A DNA stretch of 64,000 bases from Ignavibacteriota bacterium. GTDB taxonomy: Bacteria; Bacteroidota; Ignavibacteria; UBA10030; UBA6906. Under the pieces are notes generated by a model that searched no databases, had not been told where the DNA came from, and saw only the letters and a list, made by a program, of their open reading frames with translations. Positions 61,480-64,000 of this stretch are shown in pieces (the first letter of the stretch is position 1; every line of letters starts with the position of its first letter). Made by a program: the position numbers and the translations under genes. The stretch spans positions 138,903 through 202,902 of the forward strand of contig CAWDEM010000004.1 of the NCBI GenBank assembly GCA_963801355.1, written 5' to 3'.

Positions 61480-62052
61480 ATGAAGGCCGCAGGCAAGAAC
61501 ACAAAGCAGCGGGAATTTGAGTCCGAGGCCCTTCCACATGCCGACATCCTCTACAACTACGCCCTCCGCATGACCGCCAACGCCGCCGACGCGGATGATC
61601 TGGTGCAGGAAACCTTCCTCAAGGCGTTCCGGTTCTGGGAGAAATACGAAAAAGGGACGAACATCCGTGCGTGGCTGTTCCGCATCATGAAAAACTCGTA
61701 CATCAACCGTTACCGGCGTGAGTCGAAAGAACCTGACACGGTAGATTACGAAGAGGTGCAGAATTTCTACAATACGATCCGCGCCGACTCGGCACCATCC
61801 AGCGACACACAGGAGACGGCGTTCGGACAGCTCCTTGACGATGATGTCGCGACGGCGATTGTCCACCTTCCCGAGGACTTCCGCACAGTGGTCATCCTCT
61901 GCGATATTGAGGGGCTGACCTACGAGGAGATTTCAGAGTTTCTCGCCGTGCCGCTGGGCACCGTGCGTTCACGACTGCATCGTGGAAGGAGCCTCCTCCG
62001 CGTGGAGCTGCTCAATTACGCGAAAGATCGTGGGTACGCTCCAAGGGATTAA
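61480..62052 (+). CDS. ECF-type (sigma-24 family) RNA polymerase sigma factor
   Basis: Region 2 (DLVQETFLKAFRFWEKY...AWLFRIMKNSYINRYRR) and region 4 HTH (LTYEEISEFLAVPLGTVRSRLHRGR); start set at MKAAGKN, downstream of the promoter. Confidence 0.85.
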   Translation: MKAAGKNTKQREFESEALPHADILYNYALRMTANAADADDLVQETFLKAFRFWEKYEKGTNIRAWLFRIMKNSYINRYRRESKEPDTVDYEEVQNFYNTIRADSAPSSDTQETAFGQLLDDDVATAIVHLPEDFRTVVILCDIEGLTYEEISEFLAVPLGTVRSRLHRGRSLLRVELLNYAKDRGYAPRD

Positions 62053-62100
62053 GAACGGCACGCACGGCGTGCCGGCATCCCCCGCCGATATATCGTCGAG

Positions 62101-62131
62101 TTGACAAACCGCCCCCTTTGTGGTACCTTAT
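62101..62131 (+). promoter_or_regulatory. Candidate promoter for lon: TTGACA (62101-62106), 17-bp spacer, TACCTT. An 8-bp palindrome ACACGTGT lies at 62148-62155, just upstream of the lon ATG
   Basis: Sequence pattern only; weak -10. Confidence 0.3.
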
Positions 62132-62158
62132 CATTCCCAATTCAGCACACGTGTTGCC

Positions 62159-64000
62159 ATGGCATCAGAAAAACACCAGCACAATGTCGCAGCCTCCGCT
62201 CCTCCGGAGAATATTCCGACCCGGCTGCCGGTGCTCCCGCTCCGCGACGTGGTCATCTATCCGTATATGATCTTCCCCGTTCTCGTCGGTCGCGAATCGT
62301 CTCTGCGCGCCGTCAATGAGGCCCTCGAGCGGCAGAAGTACATTTTCCTGGTGGCACAGAAGAGCTCCATCACGGAAGAACCGGGCATCGAAGAGATCTA
62401 TCACGAGGGCACGGTTGCCAAGATCATTCAGATCCTGAAGCTGCCCAACGGGCTGATGAAGATTCTCGTTGACGGTGTGGTGCAGGCAAAAGTGGATCGC
62501 TTTGTCGCCAATCCCAAGTACCTCGAGGCCGATGTGGTGCTTGCGTCACTCCCGGTGGTGGTCGATTCCGAGCTGGATGCCCTGCTGCGGCACACGGCGA
62601 CGCTCTTCGCGGAGTACGTACACCTCAACCGGAACGTCCCCAGCGAGGTTCTCGTGGCCTTTGAGAATACCCGCGAGGCACTCCGCCGGATGTTCTACAT
62701 CGCTGCAAACATTCTCCAGTCGGTCGAGGTCAAACAGCGCATCCTCCAGCTCACCTCCATACGTGAGCAGCTTCACGAACTCATCCGCATCCTCAACTCC
62801 GAAAACGACGTCCTCAAGATCGAAAAAGAGATTGACACCAAGGTACACGACAACATCGCCAAATCGCAGCGTAAGTTCTTCATTCAGGAACAGATCCGCA
62901 TCCTGCAGGACGAACTCGGCGACGAAGAGACCTCGCCGGAGCTTCTGAAGTTGAAGGAGGACCTGAAGAAGTGCCGGATGCCGAAAGCGGTGGAAGAGAA
63001 GGCGATGGAGGAGTATGTCAAACTCAAGAAGACACCCTCCATGTCGCCGGAGTCCACGGTGATCAGAAGCTATCTCGACTGGATGATCAACGTCCCGTGG
63101 TACAAGAGGACCAAAGACAAGCTCAACGTGGAGCATGTCAAAAAGATCCTGGATGACGATCATTTCGGCCTCGAGAAGCCGAAGGAACGGATTCTGGAGC
63201 ATATTGCCGTACTCAACCTCGTGCGGGAAATGAAGGGGCAGATTCTCTGCTTTGTCGGCCCCCCCGGGGTGGGCAAGACGTCACTGGCGAAATCCATTGC
63301 CCGTGCGCTGGGACGCACGCTGGTGCGCATTTCACTCGGGGGTGTCCGCGATGAGGCGGAAATACGCGGACACCGTCGTACGTACATTGGATCGATGCCG
63401 GGGAAAATCGTGCAGTCGATGCGGCGCGCCGGCGTCATTAATCCCCTGATGTTGCTGGATGAGGTCGACAAAATGAGTATGGACTTCCGCGGCGATCCTT
63501 CCGCGGCAATGCTGGAGGTCCTTGATCCCGAACAGAATGTCGCATTCAATGATCACTATCTGGACGTCGACTACGACCTGTCGCACGTCATGTTCATCAC
63601 GACGGCAAATGTACGCTATGCTATCCCGCTGCCGTTGCAGGATCGCATGGAGATTATCGAGCTCCCGGGATACCTGCAACACGACAAGATGGAGATCGCC
63701 CGCCGTCACATCATCCCGAAACAGCTGGCGGAACACGGGCTGCAGGACCGCAATATCGTGATCACAGACGCGGCGATCACCAAGGTGATCACGGAGTACA
63801 CCCGGGAAGCGGGCGTCCGGAACCTGGAACGGGAAATTGCGTCGCTCTGCCGTAAAGTGGCAAAAGACATTGTCGCGGCGAAGCAGAAGAAGTCCAAGCG
63901 GAGCAAGGGTGAATTCACGGTGGATGAGGATCTGGTCGAGAAGTATCTCGGTGTGCCGCGGTTCCGCAACAGGCAACGTTCAGAAGAGCGCCGCGTGGGT
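62159..64000 (+). CDS. lon: ATP-dependent Lon protease (5' partial; runs off the end of the window, so it is absent from the ORF track)
   Basis: Manual translation: MASEKHQHNV...LPVLPLRDVVIYPYMIFPVLVGRESS (LON N-domain); AAA+ Walker A ILCFVGPPGVGKTSLAKSIA. Confidence 0.9.
   Translation, partial: MASEKHQHNVAASAPPENIPTRLPVLPLRDVVIYPYMIFPVLVGRESSLRAVNEALERQKYIFLVAQKSSITEEPGIEEIYHEGTVAKIIQILKLPNGLMKILVDGVVQAKVDRFVANPKYLEADVVLASLPVVVDSELDALLRHTATLFAEYVHLNRNVPSEVLVAFENTREALRRMFYIAANILQSVEVKQRILQLTSIREQLHELIRILNSENDVLKIEKEIDTKVHDNIAKSQRKFFIQEQIRILQDELGDEETSPELLKLKEDLKKCRMPKAVEEKAMEEYVKLKKTPSMSPESTVIRSYLDWMINVPWYKRTKDKLNVEHVKKILDDDHFGLEKPKERILEHIAVLNLVREMKGQILCFVGPPGVGKTSLAKSIARALGRTLVRISLGGVRDEAEIRGHRRTYIGSMPGKIVQSMRRAGVINPLMLLDEVDKMSMDFRGDPSAAMLEVLDPEQNVAFNDHYLDVDYDLSHVMFITTANVRYAIPLPLQDRMEIIELPGYLQHDKMEIARRHIIPKQLAEHGLQDRNIVITDAAITKVITEYTREAGVRNLEREIASLCRKVAKDIVAAKQKKSKRSKGEFTVDEDLVEKYLGVPRFRNRQRSEERRVG

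Noticed and set aside
62101-62131. Sigma-32 heat-shock promoter or CIRCE element upstream of lon
   Set aside because: The spacing between TTGACA and the CCCCC tract (5 nt) does not match sigma-32 architecture, and there is no TTAGCACTC-N9-GAGTGCTAA CIRCE. Only a weak sigma70-like call is retained.
62546-63976. Two about-215-aa minus-strand ORFs (62546-63202 and 63332-63976)
   Set aside because: Antisense to lon, whose LON and AAA+ motifs are clear on the plus strand.

Overview
High-GC (about 60-65% by eye) bacterial chromosomal segment that spans the replication origin. Every sizeable ORF could be assigned and packing is tight, so this is not an obvious mobile or defense island. I saw no rRNA, tRNA, CRISPR arrays, IS elements or phage genes.

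Gene content by region:
- 174..7328 (minus strand): DUF4412-like and DUF1460-like envelope proteins, then dnaB, a family-4 uracil-DNA glycosylase, coaBC, rpoZ, gmk and yicC.
- 7495..18187 (plus strand): an NFACT/FbpA-like protein, a Cys/Met-metabolism PLP enzyme, three tandem SurA/parvulin paralogs, a MoxR AAA+ ATPase and a 722-aa BatA-N/vWA membrane protein.
- 18213..27451 (minus strand): the classic origin block gyrA-gyrB-DUF721-recF-dnaN-dnaA.
- 27849..64000 (plus strand): rpmH-rnpA-yidD-yidC-mnmE-mnmG-rsmG, murQ, mfd, a complete dcw cluster (mraZ to ftsZ) with one extra small membrane gene between murG and murC, then a DUF4159-like protein, a 1123-aa membrane-anchored Q-rich coiled-coil protein, an M14 zinc carboxypeptidase, an ECF sigma factor and the 5' part of lon.

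Origin: three perfect DnaA boxes sit upstream of dnaA, and the dnaA-dnaN spacer is strongly AT-rich with another box. Gene orientation flips at about 27.5 kb, consistent with a bipartite oriC. No parA/parB or jag genes lie next to the origin.

Most interesting for follow-up:
- An apparently split MoxR / vWA / DUF4159 / giant coiled-coil protein system of unknown function. The MoxR and vWA genes are at 15-18 kb with no DUF58 gene between them. The DUF4159 and giant-protein genes are at 56-60 kb, immediately after ftsZ, co-oriented with an M14 peptidase and close to an ECF sigma and lon.
- A second cluster of consensus DnaA boxes about 20 kb from dnaA.
- A bPH-like two-TM protein embedded in the dcw operon.
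- Several palindromes and in-frame repeat insertions in mnmE, mnmG and rsmG.

Family names (DUFs) are from memory and should be confirmed by HMM searches. Taxonomic guess (inference only): an FCB-group-like bacterium (Bacteroidota/Rhodothermota/Ignavibacteriota-like), based on DUF4412, DUF1460 and DUF4159 and the dcw cluster layout.
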